The notes beneath the pieces were generated by a model. It saw only the letters and a list, made by a program, of their open reading frames with translations. It did not search any database and was not told the DNA's origin. Shown one piece after another: positions 7,473 to 16,427 of a stretch of DNA of 34,784 bases. Position 1 is the stretch's first letter. The number at the start of each line of letters is the position of its first letter. A program made the position numbers and the translations under genes. Where the stretch lies: sequence record SRR31156797_13577; one strand, 5' to 3'.

Positions 7473-9404
7473 GTGAGCGACCAAATCAAGACATTAAAAG
7501 ACCTGTTGGAGTCTTCAATCCAGCAGTATTCTGAGCGGACAGCTCTTGCCTTTGTTGGCGGAGAGCCGATCACCTACGCACAATTGGGTGAGCATATTAA
7601 GGATTTGCAGACCCTGCTCAGGGATATTGGCATCAAGCCGGGCGACAAGGTCGCTATTATCAGTGAAAATATGCCCAATTGGGCTATCGCATATTTTTCC
7701 ATCACTATGATGGGAGCTGTTGCTGTTCCTATTTTGCAAGAATTTCATCCAAGCGCGGTGCATCATATCTTGCGTCATTCCGAGGCCAAGATGGTGATCG
7801 CGTCCAAGCGGTTCATTCATAAGGTTGAAGAAGAAGATTTTTCCGCACTTAAGACTGTTATGGTCATGGATGATTTTTCTCTTGAGAATGATGAAGGCGA
7901 GGCTACAAGCTACACTGAAGCCCTTGAGGCAGCTCGGGATCGTATTGAACATTTCAGTGAGGCGGCCCTTGAGCGGATGGAACATCTGGGTGAAGCCGCG
8001 CGGGACAAAATCAGTGATTCCACCAAGGAACGCATGGAGCACCTGGGGGAGGCCGCCAGAGAGAAAGTCGAGAAGCTTGAAAAGCTTGGCGGCACTGCCA
8101 TGGAGAAGGTTGAAAAGTTTGGCGATACAGCTCTGGAAAGAGTGGAGAAAATCGGTGGTACTGCCAGAAAGAAAGTGGATAAGTTCAGTGATTCCGCAAG
8201 GAAGTTTATTGATCGGAAGACAGGAAAAGGATTTGAGTTGACGGAAGAATCCGTCGCGGCCATCCTGTATACTTCAGGGACTACCGGGCACTCCAAGGGT
8301 GTTGTGTTGCTTCATCGAAATCTGGTGCAGAATTGTCTGGCGGGTATTCAGGTTATTCCTGTTTTTGAAACCGACCGTTTCATGTCTGTTCTGCCTATGG
8401 CGCACACCTATGAATCCACTGTTGGCCTGATTATTCCTCTGCACTGTGGTAGCTCTATTCATTATTTGCAAAAGCCGCCTACCCCGAGGACATTGCTGCC
8501 TGCCATGCAGACAGTCAGGCCTACCGTCATGGGTGTGGTGCCGCTCATTATTGAGAAAATTTACAAAAGCCGGATAAAACGCAAATTGACAGGTTCGGGT
8601 GTCATGCGAGGCCTGATGAAGCTTGGTGCAACCCGGAGAAAACTTTCTCAAGTAGCGGGTAAGAAGCTTATCGATGCATTTGGTGGTGAACTGCGGTGTA
8701 TGTGTATCGGCGGAGCGCCATTGTCTCCCGAGGTAGAGCAATTCTTAACTGATGCAAAAGTGCCGTATGCTGTTGGATATGGCATGACCGAAACCTCTCC
8801 GCTTCTGGCTGGGGCCTTACCGAGTAAACAGCGCTTTAGAGCTATTGGCCCTGCATTGCCCGGAGTTCAGCTTAAAATCGTGGATGCTGATCCGGAAACC
8901 GGAGAGGGCGAGATCCTGGCAAAAGGGCCTAATGTCATGCGGGAGTATTACAAGGCTCCCGTGGACACAAAGGAAACGTTTACCGAGGATGGGTGGCTTA
9001 AAACGGGCGACCTTGGCAAATTTGAGGACGGCTACCTGTATATCAAAGGCCGTTTAAAAAATATGATCCTTGGCCCCAGTGGCGAGAATATCTATCCTGA
9101 AGAGCTTGAATCCATCATCAATGAGTGTGAGCATGTGGTTGAGTCAATGGTGTATGAAGTCGACGGTAAAGTTGTCGCTAGAATTCATCTCAACCATGAA
9201 ACCTTGGATGAAGCCTTTGATGTCAAGAAATTGATCGAATCTGAAGTTCGAGCCAAGGTGAAAAAATTGCTTGAAGATATTCGAAAGGATGTGAATACAA
9301 AAGTTTCCACATTTGCCCGGTTGCATCGGGTGATCGAACAGATGGAACCTTTTGAAAAGACCCCCACTCAAAAGATTAAGCGATTTATTTATTTGGATCG
9401 CTAG
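7473..9404 (+). CDS. Long-chain fatty acyl-CoA synthetase (AMP-binding) with an internal helical repeat insert
   Basis: YTSGTTGHSKG, GYGMTETSP, TGDLG, GR.KNMI..SGENIYPEE, KTPTQKIKR; GTG start after RBS GGAGGA. Confidence 0.88.
   Translation: MSDQIKTLKDLLESSIQQYSERTALAFVGGEPITYAQLGEHIKDLQTLLRDIGIKPGDKVAIISENMPNWAIAYFSITMMGAVAVPILQEFHPSAVHHILRHSEAKMVIASKRFIHKVEEEDFSALKTVMVMDDFSLENDEGEATSYTEALEAARDRIEHFSEAALERMEHLGEAARDKISDSTKERMEHLGEAAREKVEKLEKLGGTAMEKVEKFGDTALERVEKIGGTARKKVDKFSDSARKFIDRKTGKGFELTEESVAAILYTSGTTGHSKGVVLLHRNLVQNCLAGIQVIPVFETDRFMSVLPMAHTYESTVGLIIPLHCGSSIHYLQKPPTPRTLLPAMQTVRPTVMGVVPLIIEKIYKSRIKRKLTGSGVMRGLMKLGATRRKLSQVAGKKLIDAFGGELRCMCIGGAPLSPEVEQFLTDAKVPYAVGYGMTETSPLLAGALPSKQRFRAIGPALPGVQLKIVDADPETGEGEILAKGPNVMREYYKAPVDTKETFTEDGWLKTGDLGKFEDGYLYIKGRLKNMILGPSGENIYPEELESIINECEHVVESMVYEVDGKVVARIHLNHETLDEAFDVKKLIESEVRAKVKKLLEDIRKDVNTKVSTFARLHRVIEQMEPFEKTPTQKIKRFIYLDR
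7926..8222 (+). repeat. Intragenic tandem 11-residue amphipathic repeats (~9 units)
   Basis: EAARDRIEHFS/EAALERMEHLG/EAARDKIS/DSTKERMEHLG/EAAREKVEKLEKLG/GTAMEKVEKFG/DTALERVEKIG/GTARKKVDKFS/DSARKFIDRKT. Confidence 0.85.
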
Positions 9405-9414
9405 AAGAAACGCG

Positions 9415-9448
9415 AAAAGGCGCATTCCATAAGGGATGCGCCTTTTTT
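9415..9448. terminator. Bidirectional intrinsic terminator
   Basis: AAAAGGCGCATTCC-ataa-GGGATGCGCCTTTTTT between convergent genes. Confidence 0.85.
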
Positions 9449-9500
9449 AATTTTCAACATCGCCGTAGGCGTGAGAAAAGGTTCTGGTCACTAAAGAATT

Positions 9501-10046
9501 TTATTTGATGTCAGCAGCAATTTGCATGCGCACAATGGCGTCGGGGTCTTGAACTGCTCCGCTGCGGCCAGCCCCTTTCTTGATCTTATCTACGAGATCC
9601 ATGCCACTCGTTACCTGTCCGAAGACCGTATACTGTCCGTTGAGGAATGGGGCTGGTGCAAAACAGATGAAAAATTGACTGTCCGCGCTGTCCGGGTTTT
9701 GTGCACGAGCCATGCCCACGGTGCCACGTTCAAAAGGAGTGTCCGTGAATTCTGCGGGCAGATTTTCGCCGGAGCCGCCACGACCTGTGCCAGTGGGGTC
9801 GCCGGTTTGGGCCATGAAGCCGGAAATGACGCGATGGAAGACGATGCCATCGTAGAACTTCATTCGGGTCAGTTCTTTGATGCGGGCCACGTGTTTGGGT
9901 GCGAGATCAGGGCGCAGTTCGATAACGACCCGACCGTCTTTGAGGTCGAGGTACAGTGTGTTTTCCAAGTCTGCTGCCAGTGCTGAGGACAGAGTGAGCA
10001 GAGAAATCAAGGTAAATGCGAGTAATACTTTCAAAGTGATTTTCAT
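9501..10046 (-). CDS. Cyclophilin-type peptidyl-prolyl isomerase with signal peptide
   Basis: FYDGIVFHRVISGFMAQTGDP, GMARA, SADSQFFI, LNGQYTVFG; N-terminal signal peptide ending ALA. Confidence 0.93.
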   Translation of the reverse strand: MKITLKVLLAFTLISLLTLSSALAADLENTLYLDLKDGRVVIELRPDLAPKHVARIKELTRMKFYDGIVFHRVISGFMAQTGDPTGTGRGGSGENLPAEFTDTPFERGTVGMARAQNPDSADSQFFICFAPAPFLNGQYTVFGQVTSGMDLVDKIKKGAGRSGAVQDPDAIVRMQIAADIK

Positions 10047-10355
10047 GAGTATTCCGTTGTCAGGTTAGAGTTTGGACCGTGCCCCGGTTCATTTTGAACT
10101 GTTTGGCTCAGAAGGTTGATGGTGCGTCGAAGAGCTGTCCTTCACAGACAAGAGCACTCACTTTGAAGATAACGATTTTTGTCAAAGAATGGAAGTCAGT
10201 GAAGAATCCCCATTTTTTATGATAAATGGAGCTTGTTGCCTGAGAGTACTGAGAGAGTTCGACGGTGCGCTTGAATTACGCCGAAAAGGAGCAAGGCTTC
10301 AAAGAGCCTTTTCGTATTTCAAGGAGAGGATATAAGCTCCTTGTAAAGAATATGC

Positions 10356-10730
10356 TTAATAATCTGTTTCAGTCAGACATCGAGATACATATGATAAGAG
10401 CTCTTCCCTATCCAGAGGCTTCGCAAGAAAGAAGGTTGCTCCAAGTTTGAGGAGATTGGAAATGTCGTTGAGTCCGACAACGGCGGACATAATGATAATG
10501 GGGAGTTTGGCGAATTTTTGGTCGCCACGCAGAGTCTTGATAAGTTGTTGCCCATCCATCTCTGGCATCATGATGTCAGTCAGAAGCATGTCGATATCGT
10601 TGTGCATCAATGTCTCATATGCATGCTTTCCATGAGGACTGACAAATGCGACATGTCCTTGTTCCTCAACGATTCGGACAGCGAGTTTTTGGGATATTCT
10701 ATCGTCTTCAGCGATAAGTATTCTGGCCAC
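10356..10730 (-). CDS. Single-domain response regulator (receiver)
   Basis: ILIAEDD, LLTDIMMPEMDG, MSA, LAKP; GTG start after AAGGAG. Confidence 0.88.
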   Translation of the reverse strand: MARILIAEDDRISQKLAVRIVEEQGHVAFVSPHGKHAYETLMHNDIDMLLTDIMMPEMDGQQLIKTLRGDQKFAKLPIIIMSAVVGLNDISNLLKLGATFFLAKPLDREELLSYVSRCLTETDY

Positions 10731-10884
10731 GGTTTTCTCCTTGTCTCGCAAGAGTCTGTGAAGGCATAGTAACCAAATGCGAAAAAGACCTGACAAAAGT
10801 CAATCACATTAGGATTGTAGCAGGTCGTTAAGAAAAGTAAAGGCCGTGATTCGAATAGTGAAACCACTTCGACTGAAAAGGGTT

Positions 10885-10912
10885 CGCGCCCGAATGCAAA
10901 CATTCGGGCGCG
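10885..10912 (-). terminator. Hairpin downstream of the small ORF
   Basis: Perfect 12-bp stem CGCGCCCGAATG-caaa-CATTCGGGCGCG. Confidence 0.6.
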
Positions 10913-10920
10913 GTTGTCAC

Positions 10921-11160
10921 TCAGAGCTTTTTGACATGCATGCAGTCACCAAACTCACAGCTTACCTGATAGTTGCCGCCACTGGTTTCCACGGTATAGT
11001 CGCAACCGGGAAACAAAGTGCATGCGGGTTCGAATCCGTCATTAACCATGATGTTTTTTGCTTCACCATTGGATTCAAAACGGACAGTGGTTCCGTCTTG
11101 AAGTGTGATCATTTCTCCGTGACGAACGTCAACGGGCAGATCGGCTTCGGTAAAAGACAT
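10921..11160 (-). CDS. Small acidic hypothetical protein (79 aa)
   Basis: Strong RBS AAGGAGGAG before ATG (MSFTEADLPV...); followed by a hairpin. Confidence 0.7.
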   Translation of the reverse strand: MSFTEADLPVDVRHGEMITLQDGTTVRFESNGEAKNIMVNDGFEPACTLFPGCDYTVETSGGNYQVSCEFGDCMHVKKL

Positions 11161-11310
11161 ATTCTCCTCCTTGTTGGCTGAACAGGAATCCTCCACAATT
11201 TCTCTATACACATTGAAGCATAAAATGAACAGCGGAAAACCATCCGACATGGGTTGGGGACTGGTTTTCGCTACCCAACTAATGTATGAGTCATGTCTAG
11301 GAGATATGCA

Positions 11311-14178
11311 GTGAGTTCGACCATTCTTGTTGCCGAAGGTGACGCCTCCATACGTTCGTTGATCCGGGACATTCTCGTTGCCGGAGGATACCATGTGGAA
11401 ACTGCTTCCAGTTTGGCTTCAGCTTCGGCCTTGATGGCCCGGCAGGAACCAGATGTTTTGTTTGTTTCCGCTGATTTGAAATTTGAAGGCGGTTGTGTCC
11501 TGTTGGACGATGCAGAACGGTTGGGTTTTCAGGTGCCTCTTGTTTTGTTGGTCGATGCAGCCATTGACAATCCGGTGGAAGAAGTCAGCAGGAACAAGGC
11601 GTTTTCCTATCTGAAAAAGCCGGTGGACCGCTTTCAACTGGAGATGCTTGCTCGACAAGGCGTTGCTATTAAGAAGGGATTTGTTCAGTTCGCCGAGCAT
11701 GCTCGTGAAATGGTGCGTATGCAAACCATCGTGCATGCCACGCTTGGTATGGATGATGGGGCCTTTTTTGTTTTGGACCAAGAAGGCAGTATACTGGATT
11801 GCGGTGGGCTCATTCAGGAGTTGATTAACCCTATTGAAGAACCTCTTTCTGGTTACGATTATCTGTCAATTTTACCGGAATTTATCGCCATACGCCAAGC
11901 AGGAACTTTGTCCGAAGCTCGTGCCACGATGAAGACTGTTTGTATTGAGGAGAAGCGGGGTGGTGTTGTTGTCGAGTCCTGCATTAAGCCGATTGTCGAA
12001 GACGCAATTTTGACCGGTTTTGTTGTTACGGTTCGTGATATTACAGCAAAACGGTGGAGTGAGTCCGGGCTGGCGGTAGCGGAAAAGCAGTACCGGAGCG
12101 TATTTGAAGGTGCGACCGATGCAATCCTTCTCATCGATAAGGAGACCGGTATAGTCATTGATTGTAATGGTGCCGCTGTTCGTATGCTGGGGATTGAGGC
12201 AGATGCAATGTGTGGGAGTGATATTCGGACTATGGTGGATCATCCCGATCAAACCATGAATGCCATGAAGACCGGGGTAAAACGTATTTCTTATGAATAT
12301 TTTCGACGCAAGAATGGGTCATCATTTCCGGTAGAACTTTCTTTGAGTTATTATACGAACGGCGGACGTGAGGTGTGCGTCATGTCCGGGCAGGATATCT
12401 CTCGGCATAAAGTGGTGGAAGAGGCTCTGCGCGAAGGGGCCAGATTGTATCGGGCGGTTGTCGAAGACCAAACAGAGTTGATTTGTCGGTTCAAAGCCGA
12501 TGGAACATTAAATTTTATCAATGGTGCATATGCCCGTTTTTTTGGGGAGGACGAGGAAGAGGCTCTCGGTTCGAATGTCTTTAGTCATCATGCTCCCCTC
12601 GATCGTCAGTCTTTCGTGAATTGGCTCGAAAATGCTCATCCGGCCCAGCCTGTTTATGACAGGGAAATCATGCTGACACGGCATGATGGTGACGTCCGGT
12701 GGATACATTGGACCAATCGGGCTGTTTTTAATGACAGAAAAGCAGTCCTCAGTGTGCAGGCCGTGGGACGGGATGTGACAGATCGTAAACAGGCTGAGAA
12801 TGCCTTGGGACGAGCTAATCAGGAGAAAGAGCAGTATCGGTTGAATTTGGTGGCAACCTTTAAGTCGATCCCTGATGCAATTCTGACTGTAGATAGTAAT
12901 TTGATTATTATGGCGTCAAACAGAGCCGCTGCTTCTTTGTTTAATTTTGACAGAGGTCGGATGCGTGGCCTTGATCTTGAAGATTTGGTTGAGGGCGATG
13001 GTAATCCTTGTGTGGGTGTACTTAAGCAAGTGCTCAAGACGGATAAGCCTGTGCGCGGCTATGAGATCGAGTTGGAAATCAAGGGCCTTGGCGAACGCAT
13101 GGTTGAAATCAATTGTTCTCCATTGGTAGGGCAGGACAGGCAACACAACGGGGCTGTACTGGTCGTTCGTGACGTTTCTCATGTTGCTGATCTGGAAAAA
13201 CAGTTGCAGCAGCGGCATGGATTCCGGGGAATTGTTGGTCGAAGTTCTTCCATGCAGGATATTTATCAGCTTTTGGAGCAACTTTCGTCTTTGGATTCTA
13301 TTGTGCTTATTCTTGGCGAGTCCGGCACAGGAAAGGAATTGGCAGCCGAAGCCCTGCATTACGGCGGTGCGCGTGCAGGCAAACCCTTGGTCAAAGTGAA
13401 CTGTTCAGCTTTGTCTGAAAGCTTGCTGGAAAGTGAATTATTTGGTCACGTGCGTGGGGCTTTTACCGGTGCGGTCAGGGATAAGGTCGGGCGTATTCAA
13501 GCCGCTCAGGGCGGAACGTTGTTTTTAGATGAAATAGGGGACATCTCTCCTTTGCTGCAGCTTAAGTTACTTCGGTTTCTTGAACAGAAAGAGTACGAGC
13601 GGGTTGGAGAATCAAAAACGTATTCGGCCGACGTCCGTATTCTTGCCGCGACGAACGTTGATCTATTAGAATCTGTTCGGCAGGGCGTATTCCGGGAAGA
13701 TTTATACTATCGACTGAATGTCATGCCCGTTACGTTGCCCCCTCTCAGAGAGCGTCAGGCTGATATTCCCCTGTTGGTAGATCATTTCCTCGGTATGTTT
13801 TCGGAACACTTTGGTAAATCCTTTGAAAGTGTTTCGCAGGAAGTTATGGATTTGTTCATGAGTTACAGCTGGCCCGGTAATATTCGTGAGTTACGGCATG
13901 CGCTTGAACATGCTTGTATACTTGCTCCAGGTAAAACAGTTGCTCTCAAGCATATTCGTAAAGATTTGACGGATAATAGCCGGAGTTCTTCTCCCTCAAT
14001 GCCTGAGATTTTTTCAGAACATCCACCTGTACAGTTTGTATCACGTAAACCTGGCAAAGAAGATGTCTTGGCTGCTCTTCAGCAGAACGCAGGAAATAAG
14101 GTCCGTGCGGCCCGGCAACTCGGTATTCATAGGGCTACTTTATATCGCAAGCTCAAGGTGTGGGGCATCGATATCTGA
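11311..14178 (+). CDS. Sigma-54-dependent enhancer-binding protein: receiver-like domain + multiple PAS + AAA+ + Fis HTH
   Basis: GESGTGKE, ESELFGH, GAFTGA, LFLDEIG, FREDLYYRL, WPGNIREL, C-terminal AARQLGIHRATLYRKL; PAS/PAC segments ending RDIT, QDIS, RDVT, RDVS; GTG start after GGAG (alternative 11293). Confidence 0.92.
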   Translation: MSSTILVAEGDASIRSLIRDILVAGGYHVETASSLASASALMARQEPDVLFVSADLKFEGGCVLLDDAERLGFQVPLVLLVDAAIDNPVEEVSRNKAFSYLKKPVDRFQLEMLARQGVAIKKGFVQFAEHAREMVRMQTIVHATLGMDDGAFFVLDQEGSILDCGGLIQELINPIEEPLSGYDYLSILPEFIAIRQAGTLSEARATMKTVCIEEKRGGVVVESCIKPIVEDAILTGFVVTVRDITAKRWSESGLAVAEKQYRSVFEGATDAILLIDKETGIVIDCNGAAVRMLGIEADAMCGSDIRTMVDHPDQTMNAMKTGVKRISYEYFRRKNGSSFPVELSLSYYTNGGREVCVMSGQDISRHKVVEEALREGARLYRAVVEDQTELICRFKADGTLNFINGAYARFFGEDEEEALGSNVFSHHAPLDRQSFVNWLENAHPAQPVYDREIMLTRHDGDVRWIHWTNRAVFNDRKAVLSVQAVGRDVTDRKQAENALGRANQEKEQYRLNLVATFKSIPDAILTVDSNLIIMASNRAAASLFNFDRGRMRGLDLEDLVEGDGNPCVGVLKQVLKTDKPVRGYEIELEIKGLGERMVEINCSPLVGQDRQHNGAVLVVRDVSHVADLEKQLQQRHGFRGIVGRSSSMQDIYQLLEQLSSLDSIVLILGESGTGKELAAEALHYGGARAGKPLVKVNCSALSESLLESELFGHVRGAFTGAVRDKVGRIQAAQGGTLFLDEIGDISPLLQLKLLRFLEQKEYERVGESKTYSADVRILAATNVDLLESVRQGVFREDLYYRLNVMPVTLPPLRERQADIPLLVDHFLGMFSEHFGKSFESVSQEVMDLFMSYSWPGNIRELRHALEHACILAPGKTVALKHIRKDLTDNSRSSSPSMPEIFSEHPPVQFVSRKPGKEDVLAALQQNAGNKVRAARQLGIHRATLYRKLKVWGIDI

Positions 14179-14333
14179 TACCTCTTTTCCCTTATTCCTT
14201 TCAATTTATAATCATTATAACGAGATGATATAATGCACTCGTTGTTTTTGATTGGTATGGTATCTTGAACATGCCAAAGATACAAAATTTTACCGGGGAG
14301 TTCCGGCGAGTAGTTTATAATGGGGAAGCGTTT

Positions 14334-14657
14334 ATGGTCAGGACCATAGAACCACAAGCTTTTGATTTCGAATTGCAGAAGAGTGACGAACCTTTGCTTG
14401 TCGCATTTCTCAAACGGAATGAGCGGTATGCTGATCAGGCAGAAATATTGGAAAAGACTTCACAATCTCATAAGGATCGTGTGAGGTGTTTTCTTTATGA
14501 TTCTGACTACTTGGATACAGCACAAGAGCGTTTTTCGGTTAAGGGAACACCGACTTTTCTTCTTTTCAACAAAGGAGAGGAGGTTGATCGGCTTATCGGA
14601 GAATCCGATGGAGAAACATTGGATGATTTTATCCAAGGAGTTTTTGGGGAGAAATAG
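14334..14657 (+). CDS. Thioredoxin-fold protein lacking CxxC
   Basis: 107 aa; FD.E..KSDEPLLVAF, FSVKGTPTFLLFNKGEEVDRLIG match the thioredoxin layout; RBS GGGGA. Confidence 0.75.
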   Translation: MVRTIEPQAFDFELQKSDEPLLVAFLKRNERYADQAEILEKTSQSHKDRVRCFLYDSDYLDTAQERFSVKGTPTFLLFNKGEEVDRLIGESDGETLDDFIQGVFGEK

Positions 14658-14883
14658 ATATTTCCGCTTGGCGGTGGAAATTATAGGCGTGTCGTATACG
14701 GCACGTCTTTTTTTTTCTTAGAAAAGATTGAGGAGGAGGCGTTCTTTTACGATATGTGCTATGCTTGGGGCTGTGTGCAACGCTTGGTATGATTCCCATT
14801 GAAATAACCGGGAATCAACGATATCAAGCAAAAGTTCTGTAGGGATATACTCATTTACAAACACCGTGCAGCCGGGAGAAAGC

Positions 14884-16239
14884 ATGAAGCCGATCATAAG
14901 GGAAATTTTTAGAACATATGACATTCGTGGAATTGTTGATCAGGATTTTGATGAAGAATGGGTGGAACAGCTTGGTAAGGCATGCGGTACCTATTTCTTG
15001 CAAAATGGATCAAAGGTCGCAGTTGTCGGGTATGACTGCCGTCATTCTTCCCCCGCTTATGACAAAGCCTTGACTGCTGGGTTGGTTTCTGTAGGTGTTG
15101 ACGTCGTTTCCATCGGTCAGGTTTCTTCTCCGGCATTTTATTATGCAGTCACCACCCTTGGCGAAACCGCAGGTGTAATGATTACAGCCAGCCATAATCC
15201 CGCTGAATATAATGGTTTCAAGGTGTGGCAAGGTAAATCAACTATTCATTCTGATGAAATTCAGGATGTGTACGAAGTTTTGAAAAAAGGTGTCTTCCCG
15301 GAAGGGGATGGTACTCTTTCTACAGCAGACATCATTCCTGATTATATCAAGGAGTTGGCCGCGGACGTGAAGATTGAGCGTCCCCTCAAGGTCGTGGTGG
15401 ATGGCGGCAATGGCGCAGGGGGGAATATTACCGCCGATGCCCTTGAGATGGCAGGCGTGGAAGTTGTTCGTTTGTTCTGTGAGCCTGACGGTGCGTTCCC
15501 GAATCATCATCCTGACCCTGTCGTTGAAAAAAATATGGTGCATCTGCAAAAGGCTGTGCTGGCTGAAAAAGCAGATCTTGGGATTGGTCTGGATGGCGAC
15601 GGTGATCGTATCGGCGTGGTTACGGAAAAGGGTGATTTGCTTTTTGGTGATCAGTTAGTTGCCGTCTATGCTCGCGATATTTTGAAAGATTTTCCCGGTG
15701 CTTCCATTATCGGTGAGGTTAAATGTTCTCATCTTATGTATGAAGATATTAAGGCTCATGGCGGTGACGCAGTTATGTGGAAGACCGGACATTCATTGAT
15801 TAAGGCTCGTATGCGGGAGATCGACGCAAAGTTTGCAGGCGAAATGTCTGGGCACATGTTTTTCGCGGATCGTTATTATGGCTTTGATGATGCTACCTAT
15901 GCATCGCTTCGTATCGCTGAAATCGTGGCCAAGTCTGATAAAACCATGAGTGATCATCTTGCCAATTGGCCGAAGACCTTTTCCACTCCTGAAATTCGTG
16001 TTGAATGTCCAGAAGCCATGAAGCCCACGGTGGTTGGCAAGGCGGTTGAGTATTTCAGCGCTAAGTTTGAGGCCATCGATATTGATGGTGTGCGTGCCAT
16101 ATTCCCTGATGGGTGGGGATTGCTCCGGGCTTCCAATACTCAACCTGTTCTTGTTCTTCGTTTTGAGGCTGAAACGGAGGAGCGGTTGGCTGAAATTAAG
16201 GGCATGTTTGAGAAAAAACTTAATGAGTGGATTGCATAA
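14884..16239 (+). CDS. Phosphomannomutase/phosphoglucomutase (AlgC-like)
   Basis: FRTYDIRG, TASHNP (phospho-Ser), DGDGDR metal loop, GEMSGH, RASNTQP. Confidence 0.95.
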   Translation: MKPIIREIFRTYDIRGIVDQDFDEEWVEQLGKACGTYFLQNGSKVAVVGYDCRHSSPAYDKALTAGLVSVGVDVVSIGQVSSPAFYYAVTTLGETAGVMITASHNPAEYNGFKVWQGKSTIHSDEIQDVYEVLKKGVFPEGDGTLSTADIIPDYIKELAADVKIERPLKVVVDGGNGAGGNITADALEMAGVEVVRLFCEPDGAFPNHHPDPVVEKNMVHLQKAVLAEKADLGIGLDGDGDRIGVVTEKGDLLFGDQLVAVYARDILKDFPGASIIGEVKCSHLMYEDIKAHGGDAVMWKTGHSLIKARMREIDAKFAGEMSGHMFFADRYYGFDDATYASLRIAEIVAKSDKTMSDHLANWPKTFSTPEIRVECPEAMKPTVVGKAVEYFSAKFEAIDIDGVRAIFPDGWGLLRASNTQPVLVLRFEAETEERLAEIKGMFEKKLNEWIA

Positions 16240-16262
16240 AGCTTTATACAATAATAACCGAT

Positions 16263-16294
16263 AAAAGGTTCCGGCGTCAGTCGGAACCTTTTTT
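16263..16294 (+). terminator. Intrinsic terminator
   Basis: AAAAGGTTCCGGC-gtca-GTCGGAACCTTTTTT. Confidence 0.85.
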
Positions 16295-16427
16295 GTTTCT
16301 CTGTCATTTATTTGTATTATTTATATGAAAACATGTGCATATGAGCATGTGTAAAAAAGAGAAATCTAATAGACTCAATTATTATTATTGGATACACATT
16401 GAAGATACTTTTTATGGAGAATTTTGT

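Noticed and set aside
10047-10355. ~310-bp intergenic gap upstream of the cyclophilin as a riboswitch or sRNA
   Set aside because: Only short hairpins (e.g. AAGGCT/AGCCTT); no recognisable aptamer or repeat pattern
14252-14270. Sigma54 -24/-12 promoter (TGGTAT...TTGA) before the thioredoxin-like gene; similar near-matches at ~5504 and ~22885
   Set aside because: GG-to-GC spacing is off by one or the -12 GC is missing; sigma54 spacing is strict
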